From contig JALDZS010000027.1 in NCBI GenBank assembly GCA_022813965.1, positions 1-64,000 of the forward strand: DNA of 64,000 nt, given 5' to 3'. Both the position numbers and the translations under genes were made by a program. Of this stretch, positions 1 through 12,542 are shown piece after piece. The stretch's first letter is position 1. Every line of letters starts with the position of its first letter. Under the pieces are notes generated by a model. That model had not been told where the DNA came from. It made no database searches and was given only the letters and a program-made list of their open reading frames with translations. The stretch is from Toensbergia leucococca (lineage: Eukaryota).

Positions 1-867
1 GGTAAACGGGCGGGCTGGCTATATCTGGTTCCGTTTCTTTGTTTATTTGACCGGGGAAGAAAAGGGGGGGGGGGTGGGGTGTCGAAATTAACGTGGGCTT
101 TTTTTTTATACTTTTGGGTGGGTAGATCTGGTGGGCCGTTTTTTTTTTTTTTTGTGATGGAAGGATGGAGGGAAGGGGGGATTGGTGTGGCCGATCGAGT
201 AAGAGTATGGAGGGATGTTGTGGGGTTTGGGATGGGGTGCAGGGCATGGATGCTGCCTTGATGTGATCTTGTGGGTGATGACTGCGCTATTGGGGGGGTG
301 GGTTGGAAAGGTGCTGAGTGGAACGGGAGATTTTTTGTTGTTGGAGGGGCGGGGGGGCGTTTTCTTTTTTTTGGGGGGGTTTTCTGGGGTTGCCGGGGGG
401 GGGGTTATTGGGGTAATGGGAACCAAGTCTAAGATCGGGAGTTGGAGCAGGATTGTGTGTCGAGGATTTCTTGGGAGGCTTTTGGGGACAATGGGGGTCC
501 AGGGATGAGAATGAGGAGCAGGAATAGCGGGGGGTCTCCCCCACGATCAGGTGTATCTCCAGAAAATGTTATTCTGTAGTGAAGGGTTAGCGGAAGTCTA
601 GACACCAGTGCACGGCGAGATGTTGGTTCCAAAAAACAAGGGGGTGTGGGGTATCAGATTTCTATGTGGCTCATTCCGAAGGCTGCATAAATGGCCATAT
701 AATAAAGAGACAAATCAAATATATAAAGAAAATAGAAAGGTTATTCCAACAACGCCTTGGCTAGATGCAAGAACGCGGGGGAAAAACCAGCTTTCGTTAC
801 CACAGCGCTCAGACACGAGGACGAAGGGTAGGGGAAACATCCTTTGCAAAAAGAAAATGGAAAGTCA

Positions 868-2052
868 TCATCGCTGCCGTAGTGTTTCTGTATGGATTCT
901 TGTCAGCTATCATATCGGCATTTTGGTGCTCTCATCCCCAATCTCCTCATTTAATGATTAGAAGAAAAAAAACGGGTAAGCCCACCAGTCAAAAACTCCT
1001 CAAAGCTCATCGTGATATATCCGTCCCGATCATCATCATATCTCTTGAAAACATCCGTCATCCGCTTCAACGCAATACAACTCTGCACAAATAAATCGAA
1101 ACTCATCGCGTTTCCCCCACTCTTGTCGTAAGTCCCAAAAAGAACACTGACAAAGGAGGGAGAGAGGCGATAGCCGAATGCGACGAGAGCTTTGCTGTAT
1201 TCCGAGTACGAGATTGTGCCGCTAGTGTCTTCGTCAAAGCGGTCGAAGAGGGTGCGCCAGGCTGCAAGAAATGCCCATAGGCGGCTAAAAAGCGGGGTGA
1301 GTGAACAATATGTAGTTGAGGTGGTGTGCGATGGTAAGGTCAATGCGTACCAGAATTCATCGAAACCTATGGTACCGCTTTTATTCGAGTCAAACATTCT
1401 GATCATCATTTTCACGGTGTGCAAGTCGAAACTTGTCCAGTCCCCGTTGACGAGTGCGGCTCCTAATTCTCTCTCCGATAATTGCCCGCTACCATCTTTG
1501 TCTACAGCCTTGAACAATGGAAAAAGTGATGCATCTGTGGCGCTTTTACTACCGCTAGGGACTGGGGTGCCTGGTGGTCTTGATTGTGGAGGTGATCGAC
1601 CATGGTGGTGTTGAGGTGGGGGACCGAAGCCATAGTTCTGTGGCGGCGGAGGGGAGGTGGCAGCATTGTAGTTGTGACTGTAAGCGTTGCTGTTATAGGA
1701 ACTGTTGGGAGAAATTCTGGGAGGATGTTGGGGCTGCAATTGTTGTACCGGCTGGGGCACAGGGGGCGGAGGCTTATGCTGGTAGGAAGGCTGAGGACCA
1801 TAACTTGAGCCTTGTGGACTGGATAATGAGTGCGGGCGGGGAGCATTGTTCGGTCGCTGTTGGTACGAGAGCATTTGCGCTGCCTGTGGGGAGTATCAAT
1901 AGGAAGACAATGGTATAAGAGGCTGGCGGCCAGAAATACCTGCTCAGGCTCAGCATGTCTAGATTTAGGGGGTCAGTAATCGCTTAGGCAAAGTTATGGA
2001 CTTTCACTCACGCTGGGAGGGCATCGGGATTGTAGCCATGATTATATGCCAT
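868..2052 (-). CDS. PEF1: Penta-EF-hand Ca2+-binding protein (peflin/PEF1-like), spliced
   Basis: Pro/Gln-rich N-terminus followed by EF hands (DKDGSGQLSERE, DSNKSGTIGFDE, DEDTSGTISYSE, DDDRDGYITMSFEE). Reconstructed start MAYNHGYNPDALPAHAEPEQ with ATG at 2052 and a 19-nt exon at 1940-1958; last exon ETLRQR* ends at 868. Confidence 0.9.
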
Positions 2053-2503
2053 TCTGTAGATTCTATTGGTGACCTTGTCGTTTGTGATGGAGATTCGGCG
2101 GGGCCCCCAGGTTACGGGGATAGTGCGGGTTCAATTAGAATATCTGTCAGGCGATGGTGCACGTCAGATGCACATGTACGGAGTAAGTAGGTACTTTATG
2201 ATGATTGGGATCGTAGTGCCAAACATTGGCCCAAGGAATGTGTCTACCAGGCATCGCAACCTAGATCAAGAGGAGAGAGGAGCACATGGTACCGCTCGTT
2301 GGTGTGGCACTCGTCATGAGGCTTAGCTCCCGCTTTGCGCCATCATGCCCGAAGCGGTGTAGGGCTGCTTGAGTCATGTGTCTTTGACAGTAGCGCGTTA
2401 ACCACGCGACCTCGCGACCGTAGGTGTCTGGGCTCGCTGGGGTCATAATGAAATCCACGGATATCGACGACATCGCTGCTGAATCCTCCATTAGATACAC
2501 GAA

Positions 2504-5201
2504 ATGGTACTGCAGTCCCAAAAGTTAACATCCCATAATGAGATGCTTGGACATCGGATACGTCATCCTGAATCCACTAATTTCCATGACGAGTTTCACT
2601 CCCCTCCTGCGAAGCGATTGAAAAGACTCGAGAGTACAGAGAGTTCTCTATCTCGTAGAGTATCAGATGACGAGAAACCTTTGTGCCGAGAAATCCCCGA
2701 CTCCGAAGGCGAAAGCGATGACGATGGGGCACTACCATTCTCGAGTGGGAAAACAGATCTGGAGACTGCTTTGCCACCCGTTAAGACTGATAAAGATGCT
2801 ATCGCAGAATATGAGGCCACAAGGGCTGCCGAAGACGGAGATACTTTGAATCTGCACAGACGGCTGGGCCAGAGGAAATGGGTGCAAGGGAGGAGCTCCA
2901 TTTACGTTGATGCCTTCAATTTGGCTTTGGAAACCGTGTTGGAGGACGAAGCACATCTCTTCGACGAAATTGAAATGGCTGTCTTTGAAACGTGGAGAGA
3001 TCTGAGCTATGAAGCGCAGTACCTGTAGGTTCTGTTGGTGTATATGTTATATCCTATACCTTTGCGCTCTGGTACAGGCTGAATGGAAGTATTAGATATG
3101 TAAGGCTATTTCTACGAAAGACAGCTGTCTGGCACCGGATCAACCGCTTAGGTTACTACGGCGATATAGCTGACCTCCCAGCTGCTGTAAGAGAACTTCA
3201 TGAGCAACACCCGCTTCCAAGATCAACAGCCATTGCTCAGATCAACCCCGGAGAACTTGAGCCTCCCGATGAAATTAAACTAAAGGGATCTTTCACTTTC
3301 GCGGATGGGTCTGATGAGCACGTTACTACCATGGAAGAAGCGTCCTCTTTGCTGAAGCTCGACGAGCTGAAAGCTCTTGCCAAGGATGCCAAAGTCCAAG
3401 GTAAGAACAAGCGGGAGCTCCTCAAGGCTTTGAGGACGACAAGCCAAGGACAGGGAGGTCTTGGATGGCAGGGCCTGAAAAGGTCCGATACTGAAGAATC
3501 TGCAAAGTCAGAATCGTCTACAGTAGAGCATGATGAAAACCGAGAAGAAATTGTCAAGTCTGATGATATTGGGGTCAATCGAGATGCTCGTTTTCTTCGC
3601 AAAATTCTAACGAGTATCGGCCCCTGTATACGTCTTTCCTCGGCAATCCTTACGTTGTTTGAACGGGTTCATTTGGTTTTCTATCGATCAACAGAGTGGA
3701 CCGAGAAGTCTCTCACAACAATTATTCTAGCCAGAATTTCGAGACGGAATTTTCCTGAATACATCGTTTCAAGATCCACCAACATCTTCCCCTCTCGGTC
3801 AGCATTACTTGAATTTGAGGCTTCTATACGCACACAGTTCCGCATTGATAGTATACTTGAAATGAACGGCACAGTGACAAAAGATGGCTTGAAAAAGATC
3901 AAAGACATTTTCGAGGAGGTCTACCCCAGATGGACGGCTCTCTTAGAAGAAGAGCAGCGAAAAGAAGACCGTATCTACGAATGTGGCGAAGGTGCATATC
4001 TACGCCGCTTCTCGCCTGCGTGGGTATATACTCGCATTGTGCACAAAGGCACTTATGTCCTGGGCCGCTTCAAAGAACACAAACGAGAATATCAGATGCT
4101 GACAGAATTGCTCGCGCAGCATTTATTCCACGCCGCGAGACGTGGGGCCTGGCATCAGCGGAAAGCGCTCCTCGAGGAACATTATATGTGGGCTTTAGAG
4201 CCCGATGAAGGCCGCCCCGAAGATGCACAAAAGAAACATTGGAAGAAGATGGCCCTCCAGACTTGTGAGGAAGGGCTTCAGGATAGAGAATGTCACCTTA
4301 TCTATCACTATGATTTGCAAAAACGAGTCATGAAGCTCGAAAAGGCTTTGAAGGTAGCGAAGAGGCAACAGCATGATTTCGGCCACGTATTACTTGCCAA
4401 ACCTGCAGAAAGGACGGTCGAGGGCATCCGAATCGAAAAACAGCGACCGCCAAGCCGCAATGGAAGCAAAAGCGGCAGTGATCTCAGCAATTCCCGAAAG
4501 GGCGGCAAGACAATCTGGCTTGACGAAGGAGAAGATAACGGCGAATGCAGCGTGGAGAGCATGTGTCTAAGCTGGTACCGCAGCCAAGGCTGGAAAGGCT
4601 ACCACTCGGAAGGAGGCATAGTCAGAACCCTGGTTAGACCCCGATCAAAACCCCCATCAAGAATAACAAACGCAAAGCTCACTCCCCAAAGTTCGCCTAC
4701 CTCTTCCACGACATCCTCTACACATATCTCCCCAATATCTTCCAGACCCCCTACCAAACCTGCCCCCTCGACCTCTTCACCGACGCCTTCTACCCCTCCC
4801 GCGCCTCCCTGATCAACCACCGGCTGGCACTCATCGCCAACGGCGCCGCTCCCTCTCTCGTCACCGAAATCCACACCCTCCACCACAAGAACCAAACCTG
4901 CATCGTAGGCCTCGACTGGGGCTTCGAGCTCGCGGACTTGGTCGAAATCGTGCACTGCTTTGAAGGCGAGGCGCTGGCAACGCTGTGCAAGGTCATGGCG
5001 CAGGAGTATCAGCAGCGCGGGGGCGGGATCCCGGATCTTTTTCTTTGGCGGAGGGAGAAGGGGGAGGTGTTGTTTGTGGAGGTCAAGAGCGAGAATGATC
5101 GGTTGAGTGATACGCAGCGGTTGTGGATTCATGTTCTTAGCGGGGCGGGGGTGCGGGTCGAGTTGTGCAATGCGGTTGCGAGGGAGGTGAGGGTGGAATG
5201 A
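2504..5201 (+). CDS. FAN1: Fanconi-associated nuclease 1 (VRR-NUC domain), spliced
   Basis: SIYVDAFNLALETVL..EAHLF, YVRLFLRK, a SAP-like LKLDELKALAK segment, GWKGYHSEGG and C-terminal GGIPDLFLW...FVEVKSENDRLSDTQRLW (PD-(D/E)xK). Introns at about 3026-3095 and 4633-4691. Start codon uncertain (2504 or 2543). Confidence 0.92.
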
Positions 5202-6820
5202 GAGGGAATTGGGCGAGTGATTTGAAGCGAGAGAGGTTGTGCCCGATCTTTTGGAGTAGAGACTGGGCTACTCTATGCGTTTGTTGCACCATCCTTGGCT
5301 ACCTCGAATTTGGTCTGGGCTCCACTAGGTTGAATTTTCAATGTACATTGGTTCCGAAAAACGGTACGCTGGCTATCCCAAATGTACACTTCGCTGTCTG
5401 ATTTCACACTATACTATTAAGTGCATTGCATCGATGATGAACGAACCGAGCCCCCTTTCTGCTGTACAGGACTTGAGTCGCTGGGTCCAGTCTCAGCAAA
5501 CCTGACAGAAGAAAAGAAAAGACCACCTCCCTCGCCATCATCGAAGATGCTGCTCAGCCCAAAAAACCCCCCCCCGAAAGCAGAGCTGACATCCAAAAGT
5601 CCTACCAAGCATGTTCATTCTCATTTTGCTTTTTCTGTATCGTCTCATCATCCTTTCCGCATTCAGAATCTATCATTTCACCTCCGAGATGGTAAGAATC
5701 ACAGCTGTACAGTTCTCTGCAGATTGGAATAAAAACACCCTCTTCCAAATTTATTTTTGTTGTGTCCGGGTTAGGAATTTTGCGAATGGGAGCAAGGTTC
5801 TGAGGTTTGCCAGAAGTGTTGCAGCTACGATGGTGCCTCGATAGGGAATGTTTGGATGGATTTAATGGGAATAGGGAATGGTGAAGGAAGCGCGAGTTTT
5901 GTTTTATTCTTTTTTTCTTTTTGTTCTTTTTGGCGCGATGGGAGTGCGGATGTGGGGGACTTGTTCTATGGCAGGACTTTTGTTGTGGATATCTTGATAT
6001 CTTGCAATATATACATGGATGCGCAGATGGATGGACACGCTCATGCTGAGGAGCAGAAAGATGGCCGAGGTATTGGCCATGGTTGCGATTTTCAAGACTA
6101 AACAAAGCTCAATTCAGCGCACGCCTTGTTCGGATTTAAATGTGTTGATGTTCACTCCAGACTATTGACCTCTGTGTACGAGTATTAGTTCTAGGTAAGC
6201 TCTACAACCCCCTTTCCGTCTCTCAAGGTTTTCCATTGGGATATGTTACAGTCTATCATAACGACCATGATTCACGACTTTTTCAGTCATCTATGTGACG
6301 GCAAGCATCAGTTCTCGCGCAATCCTCAAGCAAATTTGATCGGTTACCATTTCTATTCCTATCCGTACCTATTCACCCACTCGTAACATTAGTCTGCTGT
6401 GCTAATGCTCTGGAATTTCCTCTAGTCTTGCTAGAGCTATCTTTACTCCTTCAAAACTGATTGTTTGATCGAGTGTGCTTCTATCTTACACCAAGTCCGA
6501 TTCTAGTCAGGACCAGTATTGTCTGAATGACTTTCCAAAAGAGAGACTCGCCCACATTTTCTCATCATTCCCAATGACTTCAAAGATTCATTGTCCCCAG
6601 CCTTTTGTGTACCGAACATGTTCATATCTGCGATGCTCATATCTAATGATCCGCTACTCCGATTCCGAGGAATCTTCTGCCTTTCTAGACCGCGATGATG
6701 TGGGAGCACAAAATGTTAATGCCTTGTCCCCGCCTACCCCGCGTCTTAGTATTTGTTTCCTTATATTGGTCTTCTTCATAATGAAACCTATTTCAACCCT
6801 CTCATGCCCAAAATCAGCCA

Positions 6821-8186
6821 ATGGACGCAAGAATAACTAAAGAAGAGATTCAACCCAAGCAGCACCCTTCACTCAACCTCCCCAAATCAAACTCCACCGT
6901 CGACGTCCACATCATCAACACCACCTGCGACATCGTCGTCCCAGCAAATGCCTTTGTTCAACCCGTTCTCAAGGGCCAAGATACTCTCAATCTACCAACC
7001 TGCTCCTTCCTCGTGGAGAACAAAAAGCTAGGGAAGACCATCCTATTTGACCTCGGCTGCCGCAAAGACTGGTGGAATTTCGCCCCCATGGTACTTGAAC
7101 TAATTAAGAAATCTATACCAGGCTTACATGTTCCGAAAGGTATCAACGAGATCCTGGAAGAAGGCGGCGTGGACTTGAGAAAAATCAATGGCATCGTCTG
7201 GAGTCATTGGCATTGGGACCACACAGGGGATCCGTCTTTGCTCCCAAAGTCAGCGGAGCTAATCGTCGGACCTGGCTTCAAGAAATCATTCATGCCTGGC
7301 TATCCGGCAAAAGCAGATTCGCCCATGCTTGAAACCGACTTCGAGTACGCCTCATAAACCTAATTTTTGTCTTCCCTCACACACAGAGCCACCCACTGAA
7401 CAATTTTCCACAGAGGCCGTAACGTCCGCGAAATCGCCTTCGACTCCGCCACCAAAATCGGCCAATATCCCTCCCACGATCTGTTCGGCGACGGGAGTTT
7501 CTATCTTCTCGACGTCCCGGGCGTAAGCTCCTCTCTCTCCTGCCCACAACCATGCGGCAGCTCCAACTAATTCCCCTTCTTAGCACGCAATCGGCCACAT
7601 CTCCGCCCTCGCCCGCACAACCTCAACCACCTTCCTCCTAATGGGCGGCGACGTCTGCCACTTCGGCGGTTCTTTCCGCCCAACCCCCTACTCCCCCCTC
7701 CCCCCCATCATCCCAGCTAGCACCCCCCTAGACACCCGCTTCACCCGCCCCTGCCCCTGCACCATCTTCACCGCCTGCCACCCGGACCCGCCCAACGCCC
7801 GCACATCCCCTTACTACCGCGTCACCGAGATGGAAGGATCGTGGTACGTCGACCCCGCCGTTGCCCAACGCAGCGTCGAAGCTCTGGAGGAATTCGATGC
7901 CGATGAGGACGTTTTTGTGTGCGTGGCGCATGATGTCGGGTTGGGGGATGTGTGCGAGTGGTTCCCGGCTGGGAGGGCGAATGCGTGGCGGGAGAAGGGG
8001 TGGAAGGAGAGGAGTCGGTGGGGGTTTTTGAACGAGTTGCCTGTTGGTGAGGTGGCGGCTAGGCCGTGGATTGCGCCGGGGTTGGTGAGAGGGGGGAAAG
8101 TGTGGAGGGAGGGCGATGCTGTTGGGGAAGAGGATGTTGTGGCTGCAGCGAGGGTTGCGAGGGAGGGAACTGGAGTGGAGGCGTAG
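6821..8186 (+). CDS. Metallo-beta-lactamase-fold hydrolase (AHL-lactonase-like fungal family), spliced
   Basis: LFDLGCRKDW, SHWHWDHTGD (HxHxDH), GDGSFYLLDVPG|HAIGH, MGGDVCH and VAHD motifs; two GT-AG introns at about 7346-7414 and 7523-7583. Confidence 0.88.
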
Positions 8187-8996
8187 GGGGTGATGTGTTT
8201 GTACATCTATGTAAATCGCTTTCATGACAAGCTTATTTCCATCATCGTCACGAGGTCCCATGGTCCTCATCACGCCGTACTTTGGCACTATATCCCAGAT
8301 GCCCCATTCCCCCCCCCCCAAAAAACCCCTCCTCACACTTTCAAAAAAACGGGGCAAATAAAACCCCACAACGAAAATCTCCCTCTCAAACAAACCACCC
8401 ACCCACCGACCCAACCAATCACAATCCAATCCAAACAAAAAAACAACCAAAAACAGTGATTGGCCAAACTCGCACCACCCCGCAACCAACCAAGCACCAC
8501 AAAATACCCAAATAGGTACCTTACTCTATCTTGGACGCGGATTCGCCAACCCCCCCGGATCTAAAACAGGAACTTTTCTTGTTTCCCCTTCTTTGCAAAC
8601 CCCTCCACTCCCCCAAAACCCAAACTCCACCACCGAGTCCGGAACCACCAAAAATCCGCTATTTGATTGATATGACCGGAAAAGCAATAAAAAAAAAAAA
8701 AAAAAAAAAACAAAAGAGAATCTTCAGCGAATGTTGTGTTCCGGGGGTAGCTAGGTAGGTCCCATCCCAATCAAAACTCCAATCCTCAAAATACCTTCCC
8801 CCTATCGTACCCCAGGAGAGGGCGCCAAGTCTCCACCCCCAATTTCCCTTACGCCACTCAGCAGGCCTCACTTTTCTCATCCATCCTTCCTGGCCCTTCC
8901 TCCTCATTATGTGGGTTGGGGGGAAAGGGAGTGTCGACATATCGAAAACTAAACAACTTCCCATTTGCACTTCCAAACAACAGAGCCTCCATCACC

Positions 8997-10820
8997 TCAA
9001 CCAACCTGCTTCCGCATGACGCGAATCCTCGGCTCCATCCTCGCTCGTACCCACCAGCCCCTCGTTACCCATCTGCGCATCCCCATCTCCACCGTCTCCC
9101 AAATCCTCCCCGTCCACGCTCCCTCAGCACGCTCTTCCCCTGGCCTCAAAATGCCCACCCCCGCAAACCCATCAACCGTGTCTAGAATCTCCCACTTCCC
9201 AATGACCTTCTCCGGCCTCTCCGCCAGAGCGTAGTCAAAGCCCTCCCAAAAGCCTGCATTGAGGAGTCTATCTGGATCTTCGGTTTTGTCGTAGATCCAC
9301 TGCGTGCCTCCCTCCGGCTGCGGAGGTATCTGCAAGAACCGCGTCACGCCAGTCATACATGTCAACGTGTCCAAGTGCACGCTAACGACGCCCTTAGACC
9401 CGTCTGCGAGAGCGTGGAGGCGATTCAGAGCTTCCGCTCCAGGGTAATTGAGCCGGGAGACGGCGAGCATGCCGAAGCTGGCTGCGAAGGAGGCGAGGGT
9501 TGAGGCGATGAGGGCAAGGGAGAGGAGACGGTAAGCCAGGGATTTCGCGCGCCGGGTCCAGATCCAGGAGGCGCCTGTTGCGGCGGTGGCGAGGAGGGGA
9601 GGGACGATGTAGATGATGAAGCGCCATTCTTTGTGAGGCTGGAGGCTGTAGATGGCGACGAATGAGAGGTTGGGGATTAGGATGTCTAGGGCGGGTTTGC
9701 GGAGGGGTTGGATGAAGAGGGCGAAGGGGATGCAGAGTTGGTAGATTAGGGGGTTGAAGAGGAGGCGGGGGAGAGCGGAGGTGAAGTAAAAGTGGAGGGG
9801 CGAAGTGCCCCAATTTTCGGATTGGCCTTGCATGATGTTGAAGATGAAGCCAGAGAGTTCGGGCCAGAGGGGAAAGCGGAGCCAGAGATAGGAGTCTATT
9901 GGAATTGTGAGGGCGAGTCCAATGACGAGGCCGAGGAGGCCGGAGGGGATGATGTCTTGAATTAGGGAGAGGCGTCTTTGAAAAAGGAGGTAAAGACTGT
10001 GAGTTGCGAGGAGGATGGCGAGTTCGGATCGGAAGATGATGCCGATGATGGTGAGGATAGTGAGTGCTTGTCTGCAGCGCTGCCTACTAGTATGAGAGGC
10101 AGAGTTAACCTCGGATATTGGGAGGAGGTTACGAAGGGCCAGTGTGCCTGTTTTCAATCAACGACTAGTTCAATGCATTTCTGAGGGCACAATTGGGCAT
10201 ACTTAAACCAAATGCTAAGAAATTTGGCAAGATGCGTGAAGCATAGTACATGACGTGAAACTGGCTTGCTTGCAGGATAATATACCAGTTGGCAGTATTC
10301 CTGCCAAAAACTTTGGCAACACCATTGCGGAATGACAGAATGCAGAAAGCATTGAATAAGCCTAGGACAGCCCTGACTACGTGTTCCCCATATCAGCGTC
10401 AATTCTTGATTGTGGCCGGCCTTCTTGCCCAGAGCATTGATCTCTCCAGGCGCTTCATAGACCAACTAACCAAGTATCTGTTTATCCACACCTTCTACTA
10501 GCCAAGCGAATGGCCATGAGGCCCCTGCTAGTGCCAATGTCCCCACGAATGTCCTGGGAACGGAGCCAGAGAAGGTAAGGTGGTCATACTGCGCCCGAAG
10601 AGTCGTGCCTTTGTTCTTCATCGGAAGACCATAGGTTAGGAGGTCATGCGTAGCCTGTATATTGAATGACTCTTCAACTTTGGTGTAGGGAGCAAGTGAC
10701 AGATGAAGAAGGACGAGGAGAGGAATGAGCGAGGCAAGAAGGGCATCTAGAGTTCTTTAGCAACTGCAACATCATAAAATGAAAGGACAATGGCATAGGT
10801 GCACCTGATAGACGCCGCAT
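8997..10820 (-). CDS. ALG12: Dol-P-Man alpha-1,6-mannosyltransferase (GT22), spliced
   Basis: Reconstructed N-terminus MRRLSDALL...[65 protein letters not shown] and YDKTED; multiple TM segments. Confidence 0.92.
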
Positions 10821-11342
10821 TCTGGCGGAGATGAGGCATGCTATGAAATTTCATGTTACTGCTGCCATTGAAGTCAAGTTTCAATATGAAAGTTATCAGT
10901 CTCTAGTACAGAGTACATAGAAGACCCACCCCTCCCTATCACCGTGTCACCCTATCACACTCTAGCTTAAGGTAAGCTTCGCTACCAGTCACCAATGACA
11001 TAATGATCAGCCCTACAAGGCTCAGTTAGAATACATGAAAGAACCCCTATTTACCTTGTGTAACTCCCCATCCTTGCTTTCATCAGTATTTTGTATATAT
11101 CACGACATAGCTATGCTCATATGAAGATGAGCTATTTGAGTGCATTTCTATGATGTTGCTTGCGTACTTGAATAAGTCAATCTACAATTGTAAAATGATC
11201 TGACATTCTAGCTAGGAAAACTGTGTCTTTGGACTTCTTGTAATGTCTGATTCACCTTTGGCTGTTTCTTCTTTTTTGGAATTGTTGGTAGTATTTCCGG
11301 TACCCAAATAATATCTCCCTCTGTCCTTCTTATCACTCGGAT

Positions 11343-12542
11343 CTACCACTCCCTTCCTATAACTCCTTTGATATCTCCCTCTGTTACCAGAACCCCATTG
11401 CGAGTTCTCCACCACTTCAATGATTTAGCTTTTGCACTGCGTCTCGCATCTATCCATATCAAAATGGTCGCGTCTTTTCGGAACCCAGCTACCGCCTTCT
11501 CCACGGGCGTGGCACCTGATGGTAAATGAATGGATACGCCATCCGGGTTTGCCAGAAAATGGATACTGTTCCTCTCAGCCGTACATTCCAACCGACCCGA
11601 CTGCATAATCTTTAGCCAATTCTCCTCGCTTGTCGTATGGACAAGCTCTTCGGGGATGTCCTTTGGCTCCAACAACTCCATCGTTCCGTCTGAAGAGAGT
11701 CGGAGCGAATGCCCATCCCATGCACAAATGCAGTGGTGAGAAAGATTGTTCACATCAACTGCGGGATAAATGAGAACCTCAAAGCTCTGTTCCTGTGAGG
11801 TGATATCGTTGACGTTGTTGGAAGTGAAAGGGTCCGTATCATCCAAGGACGGAATGGGGATGAGCTGAAAATGGTCATAGTTGCTTCGTGTTTTGCTTGA
11901 AGCCACAAGTTTACGAAGATCGGCCATTTTCACTGATCGAAAGCGAAGGCAGGGAAGGTTGACCTATTGTAAAGCGTCAGGTTAGTTGGATGAATTTGGT
12001 AGTGTCCGCAAAGGAAAAGAGATTTTAGAAAACAAGACAGGCGTATGGATGAGAAGGAAAATGTTGTCGACAGGCCCAAAGGCGAGCATTGAACTACAGA
12101 CATTTTACAAGATAAGGATGAAAATAAGGAATTGAAGGGAAGGATATGAGTACTCTTATGTCTTTCACACCGAAAGATCAACCACAACTTGCAACCTTGA
12201 AAATAGCCCGTATAACAGCCTGAGCACAGCCTCCCACATGAAAAAACACTCATCACTTACCAGATCTCTGCAGTTCGCATACCCACGCTCATCTAGCTCT
12301 AACCCAACTTTCACCGCCCCGTGACGCAAAATCCAATTTATTTTATTTGAGATGCCGGTTTCGCGGAGAGTTTTAGCATTGAGCTGAGTGCTAATAGCTT
12401 CGTTGACTTTGGTGGCTTTGTCATCTCTGATCAACTCTGTGGGTTGATCTAACTTTGCTTTTCCACCTTTATTGCTAGTAAAGTTCTTCCTGTTTCTGGT
12501 ACGAGTCTCCGTACCGAGGACCATCAAGGGGACAGATGCCAT
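11343..12542 (-). CDS. TPT1: Divergent Tpt1/KptA-like tRNA 2'-phosphotransferase / RNA ADP-ribosyltransferase homologue; in-frame TAG at 11343-11345, after which the frame stays open to 11208
   Basis: Exon 1 ISNKINWILRHGAVKVGLELDERGYANCRDL; intron 11964-12260 (gtaagt...ctaac...tag); exon 2 with DGHS, VHTT, RNSIHF, AGFRKDATILIWID and NGVLVTEGD, matching Tpt1 motif order (LRH, QGHS, HGT, RxHIH, SGMR, NGVILT). Probably a paralogue or a decaying copy. Confidence 0.78.

Noticed and set aside
1..632. Several short ORFs on both strands
   Set aside because: They arise from poly-G/poly-T low-complexity sequence and show no domain motifs.
5417..6105. Short minus-strand ORFs, one with a hydrophobic start (MANTSAIFLLLSM)
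   Set aside because: I could not build a convincing spliced gene or recognise a family.
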